Notes: generated by a model not told the origin, from the sequence alone. Shown: positions 8,867 to 20,588, numbered from the stretch's first letter. The stretch: DNA of 64,000 bases from an uncultured Oscillospiraceae bacterium (GCA_947629955.1 CANRFT010000006.1:3226-67225); one strand, 5' to 3'. A program made the numbers and translations.

Positions 8867-9829
8867 TCACAGCAGCGCCATGATTTGCTCCCGCTCCGGC
8901 ATGGAGCGGATGGCCCCCTTTTTGGTGGTGACCAGGTAGGCCGCTGTGTTGGCGAAGCACAGCATCTGCCCCAAATCGTCACGGGTCAGGCCTTCCAGCC
9001 CGTGCTCCAGCACATAGTTCAGCACGCAGGCGCAGAAGGTGTCCCCCGCGCCGGTGGTCTCGATGGTGCCGCCCAACTTGAGGGCGGGCTGATACACCCG
9101 CATGCCGCCGTAGTGGGCCCAGCTGCCGTCGGCGCCGGCGGTGGCGTTCAGCAGTTTGATGTGGGGGTGCTTCGCCTGAAGGATGGCCACGGCCCGGCCG
9201 ATGTCCGTCTGGCCGGTGAGGAACTCCAGCTCGTTGTCGGCAATCTTGAGCACGTCGCACTGGCTGAGGCCCCACTCGATCTGGGCCCTGGCGTCGTCCA
9301 GGCTGTCCCACAGGGGCGGGCGCAGGTTGGGGTCGAAGGAAATCACCGCGCCGCTCTCCCGGGCCAGGGCCACCGCCTGTTTTGTGGCGGAGCGCACCGG
9401 CTCATGGGTGAGGGACAGGGAGCCGAAATGGAACACGCGGGCGCTCTGGATCAGCTCTGCGGGGACCTCCTCCGGCGTCAGCATCATGTCCGCGCCGGGG
9501 GCCCGGTAGAAGGAGAAGTCCCGGTCGCCCCCCGGCAGGGTCTTCACAAAGGCCAGGGTGGTACGGACGGACCGGTCCACGGCCAGGCCGCTCATGTCGA
9601 TGCCGGCCTCCTCCGCCACGCCCCGCAGCAGGGCGCCGAACATATCGTCCCCCACCTTGCCGATGAAGGCGGTCCTTTTGCCCAGCTTTTGCAGCATGGC
9701 CAGCACGTTGCAGGGGGCTCCGCCGGGATTGGCCTCGAACAGGGGATTGCCCTGGCCGCTGGCGCCGTTCTCCGTGAAGTCCATGAGCAGCTCGCCCAGG
9801 GCGACCACGTCAAATACCTTGTCTGTCAT
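8867..9829 (-). CDS. PfkB-family carbohydrate kinase (probable fructokinase)
   Basis: GELLMDF, GGAPCNV, SFDPNLRPPLW, ETTGAGDTF; GH32 context. Confidence 0.9.
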   Translation of the reverse strand: MTDKVFDVVALGELLMDFTENGASGQGNPLFEANPGGAPCNVLAMLQKLGKRTAFIGKVGDDMFGALLRGVAEEAGIDMSGLAVDRSVRTTLAFVKTLPGGDRDFSFYRAPGADMMLTPEEVPAELIQSARVFHFGSLSLTHEPVRSATKQAVALARESGAVISFDPNLRPPLWDSLDDARAQIEWGLSQCDVLKIADNELEFLTGQTDIGRAVAILQAKHPHIKLLNATAGADGSWAHYGGMRVYQPALKLGGTIETTGAGDTFCACVLNYVLEHGLEGLTRDDLGQMLCFANTAAYLVTTKKGAIRSMPEREQIMALL

Positions 9830-9842
9830 TCCGTCCGCCCCC

Positions 9843-11330
9843 TCAGTCCATGACGATGTCGTATTTCTCCACATCCATCAGCACCGAGCCCACCGCGTCG
9901 AAACTGATGGCGGCGGCCTCCTGCCGGGTGAAGATGGTGGCGGAGGCAACCTGCTCCCCGTCGTTGACGAAGACCTCCACGCTGAACCGGTCCAGGACGA
10001 TCCGCAGCTTGAGCGCGCCGTCCCTGGGCCGCACCAGGAGGCTGCGGGTGTGGACAATGTCGGCGTTGCTGCCGCTGCGGGTGCGGTCCAGCTTCAGGAT
10101 GCTGGTGTCCGGCTTGTACCGCAGGGTGGTGACGTACTCCCCGTCCTTGGCCACATTGACCCGGAAGCTGCGGTAGGAGTCCCGGCTGGCGGGCCGGACG
10201 GTGACGATCATGTCGATCATCCGCCCCTGGATGCCGTGGAGGGTGGTCTCCGCGCCCACCAGCACGTTCTGGTAGGCGACCTTGTTCCGGCGATACCCCT
10301 CCAGCTCCCGCACCGGCGTCTGGATCAGGCGGCCCTCCCGGATGGACAGCTCCCGGGGCAGGGACATCTGCCCGAACCAGCGGTTGGCCCGGGGCTTGCC
10401 GCCGATGGTGTTCCAGTTCTGCATCCAGCCGATCATGATCCGGCGGCCATCGGCGGCCTCCAGGGTCTGGGGGGCATAGAAGTCGATGCCGTAGTCGATG
10501 GCCTGGACGCTCTCCCGCTCGAACCGGTTGCGCTCCTGATCGTAGCTCCCGATGAGGCAGACGTTCCCGTGGCCGGCGTGGAACTCCAGCCCGATGGGGC
10601 TCATCTCCATGGGGCTGACCAGCAGCACCTGCTTTCCGTCCAGGGGGAAGAAATCGGGGCACTCCCACATCTGCCCGTACTGGTTGTGAGAGGCGTCCAC
10701 GGGCCCCACCAGGGACCAGTCCACGCCGTTTTCGCTCTTGTAGAGCAGCACCGTCCCGCTGCTGTCCGGGATACGGTTGCCCACCACCAGGCGGTAGGTG
10801 CCGTCCGGCTCCCGCCACACCTTGGGGTCCCGGAAGTCCTCCGGGCTTCCCCCGGCGGGCAGGTCCCTGGCCGTCAGCACCGGATTGGCGGGCCACTTCT
10901 CATAGTCCACTCCATCGCCGATGGCGACGCACTGGGTCTGGCAGTCGTGGAGTTCGCCGTTCTCCTGCCGGATCTGGCGCACCCCGGTGTAGACCAGCAG
11001 CTGGCGGCCGTCGGGCAACTCCGCCGCGCCGCCGGAAAAGCACCCGTTTTGGTCGTACTCCATGTCAGGGGCCAGGGCCGCGGGCAGCCGCTCCCAGCGG
11101 AGGAAGTCCCGGGTCTTGACGTGGCCCCAGTGCATGGAGTCCCAGTCTGTGGAGTAGGGGTGGTACTGGTAAAAGAGATGGTATTCCCCCTTATAGAGGG
11201 AGAAGCCGTTGGGGTCGTTCATCCAGCCGATGGTGGGGGTCAGGTGAAAGGCCGGACGCCGGTCGTCCGGGATGAAGGGGCCGTAGTGTGCCTCAAATTC
11301 CCGCGCTTTTCGCAGCTTGTCGCTGATCAT
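9843..11330 (-). CDS. GH32 beta-fructofuranosidase / sucrose-6-phosphate hydrolase (cytoplasmic)
   Basis: WMNDPNG, WGHVKT, FSG, DFRDP, WECPD motifs; no signal peptide. Confidence 0.95.
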   Translation of the reverse strand: MISDKLRKAREFEAHYGPFIPDDRRPAFHLTPTIGWMNDPNGFSLYKGEYHLFYQYHPYSTDWDSMHWGHVKTRDFLRWERLPAALAPDMEYDQNGCFSGGAAELPDGRQLLVYTGVRQIRQENGELHDCQTQCVAIGDGVDYEKWPANPVLTARDLPAGGSPEDFRDPKVWREPDGTYRLVVGNRIPDSSGTVLLYKSENGVDWSLVGPVDASHNQYGQMWECPDFFPLDGKQVLLVSPMEMSPIGLEFHAGHGNVCLIGSYDQERNRFERESVQAIDYGIDFYAPQTLEAADGRRIMIGWMQNWNTIGGKPRANRWFGQMSLPRELSIREGRLIQTPVRELEGYRRNKVAYQNVLVGAETTLHGIQGRMIDMIVTVRPASRDSYRSFRVNVAKDGEYVTTLRYKPDTSILKLDRTRSGSNADIVHTRSLLVRPRDGALKLRIVLDRFSVEVFVNDGEQVASATIFTRQEAAAISFDAVGSVLMDVEKYDIVMD

Positions 11331-12001
11331 CAGGATTCCTCCGTTTCGCTGTTGTCAGGGTCGCCGTCCCCGGCCGTCTCTTTCTCTGCGTCCTCCGGCC
11401 GCATGTGCAGCAGGAACACCTTTTCCATGGTGACGCTGCCGATCCAGCAGGCGGCGGCGGGGGCGATCAGGAGCAGGACGGGGGCGGTCAGGATCAGGGC
11501 TGCCCCGGTCAGGATGGGCAGGAACACCCACAGAGACTTGACGGGGTGGGCCGCCATGAGCAGAGCACTGAAGCGCAGCACGTCCTTCACGCTCCCGTTG
11601 AACCGGGCGCAATAGGCGGACAGCCATGCCGTCCAGGTCACCTCCACGCAGATGAGGATCAGGATCACCCAGTAGAGGTTCCCGATCAGCTTTCCCTGGA
11701 GGTACATGGAGCGGAACACCAGGGCGTCCACCGCCAGCAGGATCAGCAGGGCCAGGGCGGGCAGCCAGGCCAGGGTGGAGCGCTTCAGGTTCTCCCGGAA
11801 GGCCTCCCAGAAAGTTCGCCACAGATACCCCTCGTCCCGGCGGATGTATTTGTACACCGCGGCGTACAGGGCGGCGGACGCCGCGCCCATGGTGACGATG
11901 GGAATGGAGAAGACCAGCCACAGTACGCTGAGACAGATGCAGTCGGCAATGTGGATCAGGCCGCGCATGAACTTGCTGTCGACGTCAAACAGTCGTCTCA
12001 T
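11330..12001 (-). CDS. YesL/DUF624-like membrane protein
   Basis: LWLVFSIPIVTMGAASAALY, F...FRENLK pattern; typical of carbohydrate ABC operons. Confidence 0.85.
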   Translation of the reverse strand: MRRLFDVDSKFMRGLIHIADCICLSVLWLVFSIPIVTMGAASAALYAAVYKYIRRDEGYLWRTFWEAFRENLKRSTLAWLPALALLILLAVDALVFRSMYLQGKLIGNLYWVILILICVEVTWTAWLSAYCARFNGSVKDVLRFSALLMAAHPVKSLWVFLPILTGAALILTAPVLLLIAPAAACWIGSVTMEKVFLLHMRPEDAEKETAGDGDPDNSETEES

Positions 12002-12053
12002 TTTCCCTGCCCCCGCTCGTTTAAAGTGTGGTTTGGATGGAACTCAGGCGCCG

Positions 12054-13802
12054 TCACGGCCTGGTGTACTCCCGCAGAGAGGAGAACAGCACCGAATTGT
12101 TTTCCGCGAACAGCTGGATGGTCTTGCCGCTGGCCCCGTAGAGCCGGACGGTGAGGGCGGCCTGGCCGTCGATGTAGAACACGCCAGCCGAGCCCTCCTG
12201 GATGTAGGTGAAGGAGTAGTCCGTATCGGGTTCCAGGTCCACCGCCGTCTCGGTGATGAGGGTGCCGCCCTCGTTGAACTGGAGCTGCACCTTGTCCTCA
12301 GCGGGGACCAGGGCGATGAACTTGTTTTTGTCGTCCCGGCCGTTGTAGTCAAAGCTGAGGCCGAAGGAGCCCTGGCCGGTGTAGCGGAACTCGCCGGTGA
12401 GCTTGAAGCTCTCATAGCAGGTGAAGGCATCGGCATAGGCGTAGACGGAGCCGGACTCCACGGAAACGTGGGTGTCCTCTGCCGCCAGCGCCCGCCGGAC
12501 AGAGAAGGCGTCCTCTACGGCGTCCACCGGGGCCAGGGACAGGGCGCCGTCCTCGTTCTGGATCAGCTTCTGGACGGCCAGATTGCCCGCCCAGCCGGAT
12601 ACGTCCTGGGTGGAGGAGGGGGACTCGGACCTCCTGGCCCAGCCCACCATGTAGCAGTTCTCGCCGTCCTCCACGTGTTTGGCGGCGTAGAACAGCTTGC
12701 CGTCCAGCCGCACGGGGTCCCCGTAGGGGCCGTAGGGGGTGTCGGACACGGCGTACCAGAGGGTGTCGTCCTGAGCGGAGTAGGTGATGTAGTACTTGCC
12801 GCCCATCTCAAAGGTGTCGCTGCACTCCAGGTTCCAGAAGTCGCCGTTTTTCGCCTCGTCGTTGGTGAAGATGACCCCGTCGTAGTGTTTGTTCTCCAGA
12901 TCGGGGCTGAGGGTGTATTTCAGGATACGGGCCACCCCGTCCTGGGAAGCGGTGACGGTGAGGACGATGTTCCCACTCTCGTCCACGTATGCCTGGGGGT
13001 CCCGAAAGTCGTTTTTCTGGCCCAGCTCGGCGGGGGGCATGATCTCCCAGCCCTCCAGCTTCTCAAAGGCGGTGGGGCTGTCGCCCACGGCCACCATGAT
13101 CTTCTCGGCGTACTCCAGGATGTTCCCGTCGCCGTGACCGGTGTAGAAGAAGTAATATTTCCCGTCAACCTTCACAACGGAGCCGGTGCCGATCCAGCTG
13201 TCCTGGCCGCCGGAGCGATTGGCCTCCAGCACCGGGTCGTCGTATTCGGTATAGGTGAGGAAATCGGTGGTGGTGGTCAGATAGGCCGAGTGGTTGTAGG
13301 AGTCGCCGGCCTCTTTCAGGTAGTAGATGTAATAGGTGCCGTCCTCATAATAGGGCATGGTGTCGCCCACGTAGGGCTGGCTGGTGCCGTCCATCTCCGG
13401 GAGGAAGAAGGTGGTGTAGTCGTAGGCCTCCTCCTGGCTGCCGGGGGTGCGGAGGGAGGAGAAGTCCTTATCGTTTCCGGGGTCGGAGACGGAGTCCCCG
13501 GTGTCCTTATCCCAGCCGGCGTAGAGGGTCATATCGGCCTTGACCTTGTCCGCGTCGGCGTTCCAGGGCTGGGTGAGGCCGGCATCCTGGAACCAGCCCA
13601 GGAAGGTGTAGCCCTCCCGGACGGGGGCCTCGGGGGCCGTGATGGTCTTGCCGGAGGTGACCGTCTGGTTGGGGATGGTGATGTCTGCATCGGAGTTGTC
13701 GTCAAAGGCCACTGTGTACTCCGCGGAGGGGCCGCAGCCGCACAGCAGGGCGCTGAGGAGCAGGCACAGGGCGGTGAGCCCCGCGATGATGGTTCGTCTC
13801 AT
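12054..13802 (-). CDS. Secreted/lipoprotein GH32-like fructanase with InlB B-repeat (possible endo-levanase)
   Basis: Signal ending LLCGCG; B-repeat (PEAPVREGYTFLGWF..TLYAGW); catalytic motifs VGDTMP, GTGSV, DFRDP, LECSD; C-terminal beta-sandwich. Confidence 0.8.
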   Translation of the reverse strand: MRRTIIAGLTALCLLLSALLCGCGPSAEYTVAFDDNSDADITIPNQTVTSGKTITAPEAPVREGYTFLGWFQDAGLTQPWNADADKVKADMTLYAGWDKDTGDSVSDPGNDKDFSSLRTPGSQEEAYDYTTFFLPEMDGTSQPYVGDTMPYYEDGTYYIYYLKEAGDSYNHSAYLTTTTDFLTYTEYDDPVLEANRSGGQDSWIGTGSVVKVDGKYYFFYTGHGDGNILEYAEKIMVAVGDSPTAFEKLEGWEIMPPAELGQKNDFRDPQAYVDESGNIVLTVTASQDGVARILKYTLSPDLENKHYDGVIFTNDEAKNGDFWNLECSDTFEMGGKYYITYSAQDDTLWYAVSDTPYGPYGDPVRLDGKLFYAAKHVEDGENCYMVGWARRSESPSSTQDVSGWAGNLAVQKLIQNEDGALSLAPVDAVEDAFSVRRALAAEDTHVSVESGSVYAYADAFTCYESFKLTGEFRYTGQGSFGLSFDYNGRDDKNKFIALVPAEDKVQLQFNEGGTLITETAVDLEPDTDYSFTYIQEGSAGVFYIDGQAALTVRLYGASGKTIQLFAENNSVLFSSLREYTRP

Positions 13803-13899
13803 GTTAGCTAACCTCCCTATGTCGTTGAGCGCGTCCGCAGTACGCCTGCAGAGGGGATACCCAGGCATCCTCTCTGCAGGCGTTTTGCGTATAGTCGGA

Positions 13900-15711
13900 T
13901 CAGATCACGCTGCTCTGGTAGATGGTGATGTCGGAGATTTCGATGGTCACGTCGCCCATGTTGGCCAGATCGGCGGAGCCGAACTGGAACAGCATCTCGA
14001 AGTCCATGTCCATGATGAGGGTGTCGGTGGTCTCAAAGGTGAAGGTCTGTTCCTCGGTGGTGAAGTCGATGGTCCCGGAGATCCGGGGGTCCCAGCCGCC
14101 CAGCACGTTCAGGAAGAAGCCGCAGGACACGGGCTTGGACGCCTTGGCGGTGACCTCCACGGTGAAGTAGCTGTCGGCGGGGAGGGTCAGGGGGTTGTCG
14201 GTGTAGCCGAGGATGAGCTTGTTGTGCCAGTCCACGGTGCCGCCCTGGTCGATGCGGTAGTTGAGGCTGCCGTTTTCGGTCCAGATGGTGCCCACGCCCC
14301 GGTCGTTGTCCTCGTCGGTGCCGTTGTAGGTGGTCCACAGGCAGTCCGGGTCAGGGGCGGTGGTGGTGCTCATGCCGAAGGCGTCGATGGTCTTGGCGGT
14401 GTTCAGGTCGCCCTCCACCTTGCCGAACTCCAGGGCGGTGACGGTGATGGTGTTGGCGGTGACACCGTCGGAGGGGTTGCCGATCTGCATGCGGATGACG
14501 GGGTCGGACACGGCGTTCTCGGCGGTGAACACGTTGGTGATCTCGACCTCCTCGCCGGCGGCCAGGTTCAGGCTGTTGAAGTTGGCCCGGGCCGCGTCGG
14601 CCTGAGAGGCGCTCTCCACCAGCAGCTCGCCGGACTGGGCGCTGTCTGCCTTGACGGTGAAGCGGTAGTAGTACTTGGTGCCCGCCTCCACGGCCACGCC
14701 GGGCAGGGCCAGGTCGGCCTTGATGCTCCACACGCCGCCCTCGGTGGGATAGGAGTCGATCTGGAAGGCAGCCGCGCCGCCCGCCGCGTTCACCGAGGCG
14801 GCGGCCCCGTCCCCGGCGGAGACGGTGGCCTCGGCCGCGTCGGAGAAGGTGGCGGTGTAGACGGGGGCCATGGTCTGCTCGCCGGTGATCTCATAGATCT
14901 CGATCTTGTCGATGGTGACGGTGAAATCGCTGGGGGTGGTGTCGCCGGGGTTGTCGGGGTTGGGGGTGATCTTGCCCAGGTTCAGGAGCAGGTCGGCGGT
15001 GTTCTCCCCGGCGGAGGTGAAGTTCAGCTCGATGGGGGCAATCTCAGGGCCGATGGGCAGGTTGTAGGCCCCGCCCAAGTTCTGATCCCCGGCGTTGGCC
15101 AGCAGGTGGGCGTAGGTGGGGGCGGTGGACTTGGCCCACACCTTCACCCGGTAGTCCGCCGCCTTCAGCGCCACGCCGGACTTGACCAGCTGGATGTCGG
15201 TGTCGCCGCTGCCGGGGTCGGTGATGTCGAACACATAGGCGCCCTGCTTCAGCGCGCCGGCGGCCTGGACGCCGTCCGCGACCTTGGCGGTCCAGCCGTG
15301 GCTGTCGGCGGCCCTGTCGGAGAAGTCGAACTTCTGGAACACCACCGCCTCGGCGGTCTGGCGGGTGACGGTGAGGGTGGCATAGGCCTTGCTCTCCAGC
15401 CCGCCCTTGTCGGTGACAGAGTAGGTCAGCTCATAGTCGCCGGGGTTCTCCGGGGTGGCCTTGCCGTTCTGGAAGGTCAGTTCGGGCAGGGAGGTGATGA
15501 CGATCTTGGCGGTCACGTCGCCGTCCTCCGCGTCGGTGGCGGAGACGCCGGCCATGGCGTCGAACTCGCTGCCGGCCTGGACGCTCTTGTCCGCCACGCC
15601 GGCGATCTCAGGGGCGGTGTTGTCCCCGCCGCCGGACTGCCCGCAGGCGGAGGCGGAGAGCAGCAGGGTCAGGCACAGAAGCGCCGCGAAAACTTTACGA
15701 AGCTGTTTCAT
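13900..15711 (-). CDS. Lipoprotein with Ig-like (DUF5011-like) domain and about three CBM4/9-like modules
   Basis: Lipobox SASAC; APEI..GVSATDAEDGDVT..PGDYELTYSVTD; three repeated beta-sandwich segments; no catalytic motif recognised. Confidence 0.65.
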   Translation of the reverse strand: MKQLRKVFAALLCLTLLLSASACGQSGGGDNTAPEIAGVADKSVQAGSEFDAMAGVSATDAEDGDVTAKIVITSLPELTFQNGKATPENPGDYELTYSVTDKGGLESKAYATLTVTRQTAEAVVFQKFDFSDRAADSHGWTAKVADGVQAAGALKQGAYVFDITDPGSGDTDIQLVKSGVALKAADYRVKVWAKSTAPTYAHLLANAGDQNLGGAYNLPIGPEIAPIELNFTSAGENTADLLLNLGKITPNPDNPGDTTPSDFTVTIDKIEIYEITGEQTMAPVYTATFSDAAEATVSAGDGAAASVNAAGGAAAFQIDSYPTEGGVWSIKADLALPGVAVEAGTKYYYRFTVKADSAQSGELLVESASQADAARANFNSLNLAAGEEVEITNVFTAENAVSDPVIRMQIGNPSDGVTANTITVTALEFGKVEGDLNTAKTIDAFGMSTTTAPDPDCLWTTYNGTDEDNDRGVGTIWTENGSLNYRIDQGGTVDWHNKLILGYTDNPLTLPADSYFTVEVTAKASKPVSCGFFLNVLGGWDPRISGTIDFTTEEQTFTFETTDTLIMDMDFEMLFQFGSADLANMGDVTIEISDITIYQSSVI

Positions 15712-15726
15712 TTCGGCGCACTCCCT

Positions 15727-17421
15727 TTAAAAGCTGGCCGTATAGCGGTCATAGGCGTCCTGATAGATCTGCTGGATGGCGCTGAGGTTGACCCGGCCGT
15801 CCAGGTCGCTCTGGAAGGTGGACCAGTCGCTGTCGGACACGCCGCCGTTCATCAGCCACTTGATGAGATTGGTGCGGATATAGTCGTTCAGGTTGGACTC
15901 ATAGCTGCTCAGGGTGTTCAGCTCCTCCAGGGTGAACTGGAGGTTGGTGGGGCAGGGCACCACGCCCTCGGGCACATAGGGCTTGGCGCACAGGTCCAGC
16001 CGCTCCAGGCGGAGCTGGGCACGGGGCTCCATGTGGACCACGCTGGTCCAGGCGTCCTCGGACAGGTAGATGATGCCCAGAGGGGCGTTCTGGAGGCGGA
16101 GCTCGTCGGAGGTCATGCCCTCGGGCACTTCCTTTTGCACCAGCATGCCGTTCTCGTCCAGCTCGTCCTCATAGACGATGCCGATGGGACCGTAGTTGAT
16201 CTGGGCGGAGACGATGGGATCATAGTAGCGGTCGAAGTAGGCCAGCAGGACCTCGATGTTGGGCACGCCGTTGAAGAAGATGACCTCGCCGGTGCTGACC
16301 TCGGGGTTGTTGGACACGCAGACGGTCTGGTCGCCGTTGGGACCCACCAGGGGAGAGCAGCAGATGTAATTCTCAGGGTTGGACACCACGGTCTCGCTCT
16401 CCCACCAGTAGAAGGCGCCGTAAGTCTCGTCGCCCTTGCCGTTGGCCAGGAAGTTGTCCTGGGAGATCTCGAAGGACACCTTGTCGATGAGGCCCTTGGA
16501 TACCCAGTCGGCGATGAAGTTTGTGGCTTCCTTGAAGCGGTCGTCCTGGACGGTGTAGGTGACCTTGCCGTCCACGATGACCCGGTGGTCGGTGTTGTCA
16601 TTCAGGCCGAACATGCCGTAGAGGTCGCACTGGTTGCCCTGCCAGTTGTTGTAGACGAAGCTCAGGGGCCGCTCGTCGTCGGTCTTGCCGTTGCCGTTCA
16701 TGTCGTTGTCCCGGAAGTAGGCCAGCATGGCCTCCATCTGGGCGGCGGTGAGGGACAGGCCGTCCTTCAGGTCGGCGGCGGTGAGGCCGGTGACGGCGCC
16801 GGCGTCGATGGCAGCCTGGGCCCAGTTCTTGTTCAGGAAGAGCAGGTTGGGGTGCTCCAGCAGACCCATCTCCTCCACACGGGGCAGGGAGTAGATCTTG
16901 CCGTCCTCGCTGGTGAGCTGCGCCTTGATGTCGGGGCGGTCTTCCAGGATCTTGGACAGGTTGGGCATGTACTCCAGATAGTCGCTGATAGGCAGCAGGA
17001 CTTCCCGCTGGGCGTACTTGATGATCTCGCCGGCGCTCATGCCCGCGTGATAGATGGCGTCGGGCCGGTCGGAGGCGTTGCCGAAGATCAGGTTCTTCTG
17101 CTGGCCGTAGACGGACTCGGACACGTTCTCCCAGGACACGTACACGTTGGTGCTCTCATACAGGTCCTGCATGATCTTCATGTCGTTGTAGTCCAGGGCA
17201 GAGGCGTTCTTGGAGGAGTAGACGTTGAAGGAGATCTCCTGGGCGCCCTTGTCGTTGAGGATGGGGGCGTCGGGGTCGGTCCACTGGAAGCCGTACTCGG
17301 ATTTAAGGGTCTCGATGTCGGAGCCGCTCTGCTGTCCGCCGGGGTTATTGCCGCTGGGGCCGCAGGCGGCCAGGGACAGGACGAGCGCCGCCAGCGCGAG
17401 GATGGAAAGGAACTTTTTCAT
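15727..17421 (-). CDS. Carbohydrate ABC transporter solute-binding lipoprotein (LplA-like)
   Basis: Lipobox LAAC, PLSDYL..MPNL, DGKIYSLP, DMNGNGKTDDERP. Confidence 0.9.
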   Translation of the reverse strand: MKKFLSILALAALVLSLAACGPSGNNPGGQQSGSDIETLKSEYGFQWTDPDAPILNDKGAQEISFNVYSSKNASALDYNDMKIMQDLYESTNVYVSWENVSESVYGQQKNLIFGNASDRPDAIYHAGMSAGEIIKYAQREVLLPISDYLEYMPNLSKILEDRPDIKAQLTSEDGKIYSLPRVEEMGLLEHPNLLFLNKNWAQAAIDAGAVTGLTAADLKDGLSLTAAQMEAMLAYFRDNDMNGNGKTDDERPLSFVYNNWQGNQCDLYGMFGLNDNTDHRVIVDGKVTYTVQDDRFKEATNFIADWVSKGLIDKVSFEISQDNFLANGKGDETYGAFYWWESETVVSNPENYICCSPLVGPNGDQTVCVSNNPEVSTGEVIFFNGVPNIEVLLAYFDRYYDPIVSAQINYGPIGIVYEDELDENGMLVQKEVPEGMTSDELRLQNAPLGIIYLSEDAWTSVVHMEPRAQLRLERLDLCAKPYVPEGVVPCPTNLQFTLEELNTLSSYESNLNDYIRTNLIKWLMNGGVSDSDWSTFQSDLDGRVNLSAIQQIYQDAYDRYTASF

Positions 17422-17471
17422 ACTGCGTTACCTCCAGTTCGATGGTAAGTTGAGAAATATGTCGGTAGGGA

Positions 17472-18389
17472 TCAGCCCTTGAGGGAGCCGATCATCACGC
17501 CCTGGGCGAAGTACTTCTGAACGAAGGGGTACAGGCAGATGACCGGGGCGCTGGACACGATGACGGACACGTACTTGATCTGGTTGGCCAGGCGGTACTG
17601 CTCCAGGATGGTCTCGCCGCTGCCGCCGGTGGTGCTCTCGGAGGCGATGAGGATCTCCTTCAGCACCAGCTGGAGCGGGTACAGGTTCTCGTCCTGGAGG
17701 AAGATCATGGCGTTGAAGTAGCTGTTCCACTGACCCACCGCGTAGTACAGCGCCATGACGGCCAGGATGGCCTTGGACAGGGGGATGACCAGGTTGGTGA
17801 AGATGCGCCACTCCCCCGCGCCGTCGATCCGGGCGGCCTCCACCAGCCCCTCCGGGATGCTGGACTCGAAGAAGGTCCGGGTCATGAACAGGTTCCACAC
17901 CGACAGGATGGAGGGCAGGATCACCGACCACATGTTGTTCACCAGGTGCAGGCTGTTCATCACGTTGTAGAAGGGGATCAGGCCGCCGCCGAAGAACATG
18001 GGGATGATGAAGTAGATCATCCAGAACTTTTTGCCCAGCAGCGTCTTCCGGCTCAGTGCCCAGCCCGCGGGGATGGTGACGATCAGGGAGAGGACCACCG
18101 TGAGGACGGTGTAGATGATGGTGTTCAGGTAGCCCCGCCACACGTCGGACCGCTCCAAAATCTTCTGGAAGCCGGACAGGGTCACCCGCACGGGGTAGAG
18201 CACCACCTCGCCGGCCAGGACGGCGTCCGGGTCGGAGATGGCGGCGATGATGATGAAGTAGATGGGGTACAGGATGATGAGGGTCATCAGGCCCAGGAAC
18301 AGGTAGTTGAGGGTGTAGAACACCTTGTCGCCCATGGTGCTCCGCATCAGCTTATTGGGCTTTGCTTTCGTTTTCACTGGCATCGTCAC
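17472..18389 (-). CDS. Carbohydrate ABC transporter permease
   Basis: EAARIDGA EAA motif, FGGGLIP, WNSYF, YPFVQKYF. Confidence 0.95.
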   Translation of the reverse strand: MTMPVKTKAKPNKLMRSTMGDKVFYTLNYLFLGLMTLIILYPIYFIIIAAISDPDAVLAGEVVLYPVRVTLSGFQKILERSDVWRGYLNTIIYTVLTVVLSLIVTIPAGWALSRKTLLGKKFWMIYFIIPMFFGGGLIPFYNVMNSLHLVNNMWSVILPSILSVWNLFMTRTFFESSIPEGLVEAARIDGAGEWRIFTNLVIPLSKAILAVMALYYAVGQWNSYFNAMIFLQDENLYPLQLVLKEILIASESTTGGSGETILEQYRLANQIKYVSVIVSSAPVICLYPFVQKYFAQGVMIGSLKG

Positions 18390-18398
18390 AGCCTCCCT

Positions 18399-19370
18399 TT
18401 AGAACAGCGAGTTCTCGGAGAACTTCTTGGATGTGGTGTTGGCGATGATGAGCAGCACCACGTTGATGACCGAGTTGAACAGGCCGATGGCGGTGGCGTA
18501 GGCCTGGTCGGGCACGCCGGTAAGACCCTGTTTGTACACGTAGGTGGCGATCAGCTCGCTGACGCCCAGGTTGCCGTCGGTCTGCATCAGCAGGGCCTTC
18601 TCGTAGCCCACGCCCATCAGGCCGCCGATGGACATGATGAGCATCACGCTGACCATGGGCATGATGGCGGGCAGATCCACGTGGATGACCCGCTGGAACC
18701 GGGAGGCGCCGTCCAGGATGGCCGCCTCATGGAGCCCCGGGTCCACGTTGGACAGGGCCGCGATGTAGATGATGGCGCTCCAGCCGAAGTCCTGCCAGTT
18801 GCTGGAGAGGATGTACATGGGCCGGAAGGCGCCCTCCTCCAGGAAGTAGGACACCCGGTCCCCTCCGATGCCCGCGATGATGTTGTTCACCAGGCCGTAC
18901 CGGCCGAAGAACAGGGTCAGCATACCGACCATGACCACCAGGGAGATGAAGTGGGGGGCGGTGAAGATGGTCTGGATGACCTTGGCCGTCCGCTTGCCCT
19001 TCAGGGCGTTGAGGGACAGCGCGATGATGATGGGCAGAGGAAAGCCGATGATGAAGCCCAGGATGCACAGCAGGAAGGTGTTCTTCATCAGGGGCCAGAA
19101 CTGCACGTCGGTGAAGAAGCGGATGAAGTTGTCGAACCCGACCCAGTGGGTGTAGGGGCCGATGATCTGGTCGCCGGGCATGAAGTCCTGGAACGCGATC
19201 AGCACGCCGTAGATGGGCAGGTAGTTGAACAGGAACACTACCAGCACCGCGGGAAGCAGCATGAGCAGCCACGGGAAGCTCTTCCGCAGCCGCCTCCATT
19301 TTCCTCCGCCCACGGTGTTCCCGTTTTTCGGGACGGCCACCGCGGTGGAGGAGCTTTTTTGTCTCGCCAT
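18399..19370 (-). CDS. Carbohydrate ABC transporter permease (LplB-like)
   Basis: PHFISLVV, WQDFGWSAIIYIAAL, EAAILDGA, TAIGLFNSVI. Confidence 0.95.
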   Translation of the reverse strand: MARQKSSSTAVAVPKNGNTVGGGKWRRLRKSFPWLLMLLPAVLVVFLFNYLPIYGVLIAFQDFMPGDQIIGPYTHWVGFDNFIRFFTDVQFWPLMKNTFLLCILGFIIGFPLPIIIALSLNALKGKRTAKVIQTIFTAPHFISLVVMVGMLTLFFGRYGLVNNIIAGIGGDRVSYFLEEGAFRPMYILSSNWQDFGWSAIIYIAALSNVDPGLHEAAILDGASRFQRVIHVDLPAIMPMVSVMLIMSIGGLMGVGYEKALLMQTDGNLGVSELIATYVYKQGLTGVPDQAYATAIGLFNSVINVVLLIIANTTSKKFSENSLF

Positions 19371-19430
19371 TTTTTGATCCCCTTTCTTTTTTCCAAGCTT
19401 TATATATAAGGCTTTACGCCAAAGAGCGCG

Positions 19431-20588
<1,158 letters not shown>

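Noticed and set aside
13639-17448. 1269-aa plus-strand ORF, and similar long ORFs (9558-11615, 11706-13811, 44293-46863, 53091-55739, 55740-57677, 58003-59961)
   Set aside because: Antisense shadows of real minus-strand genes in high-GC DNA; V/G/H-rich translations with no motifs or RBS.
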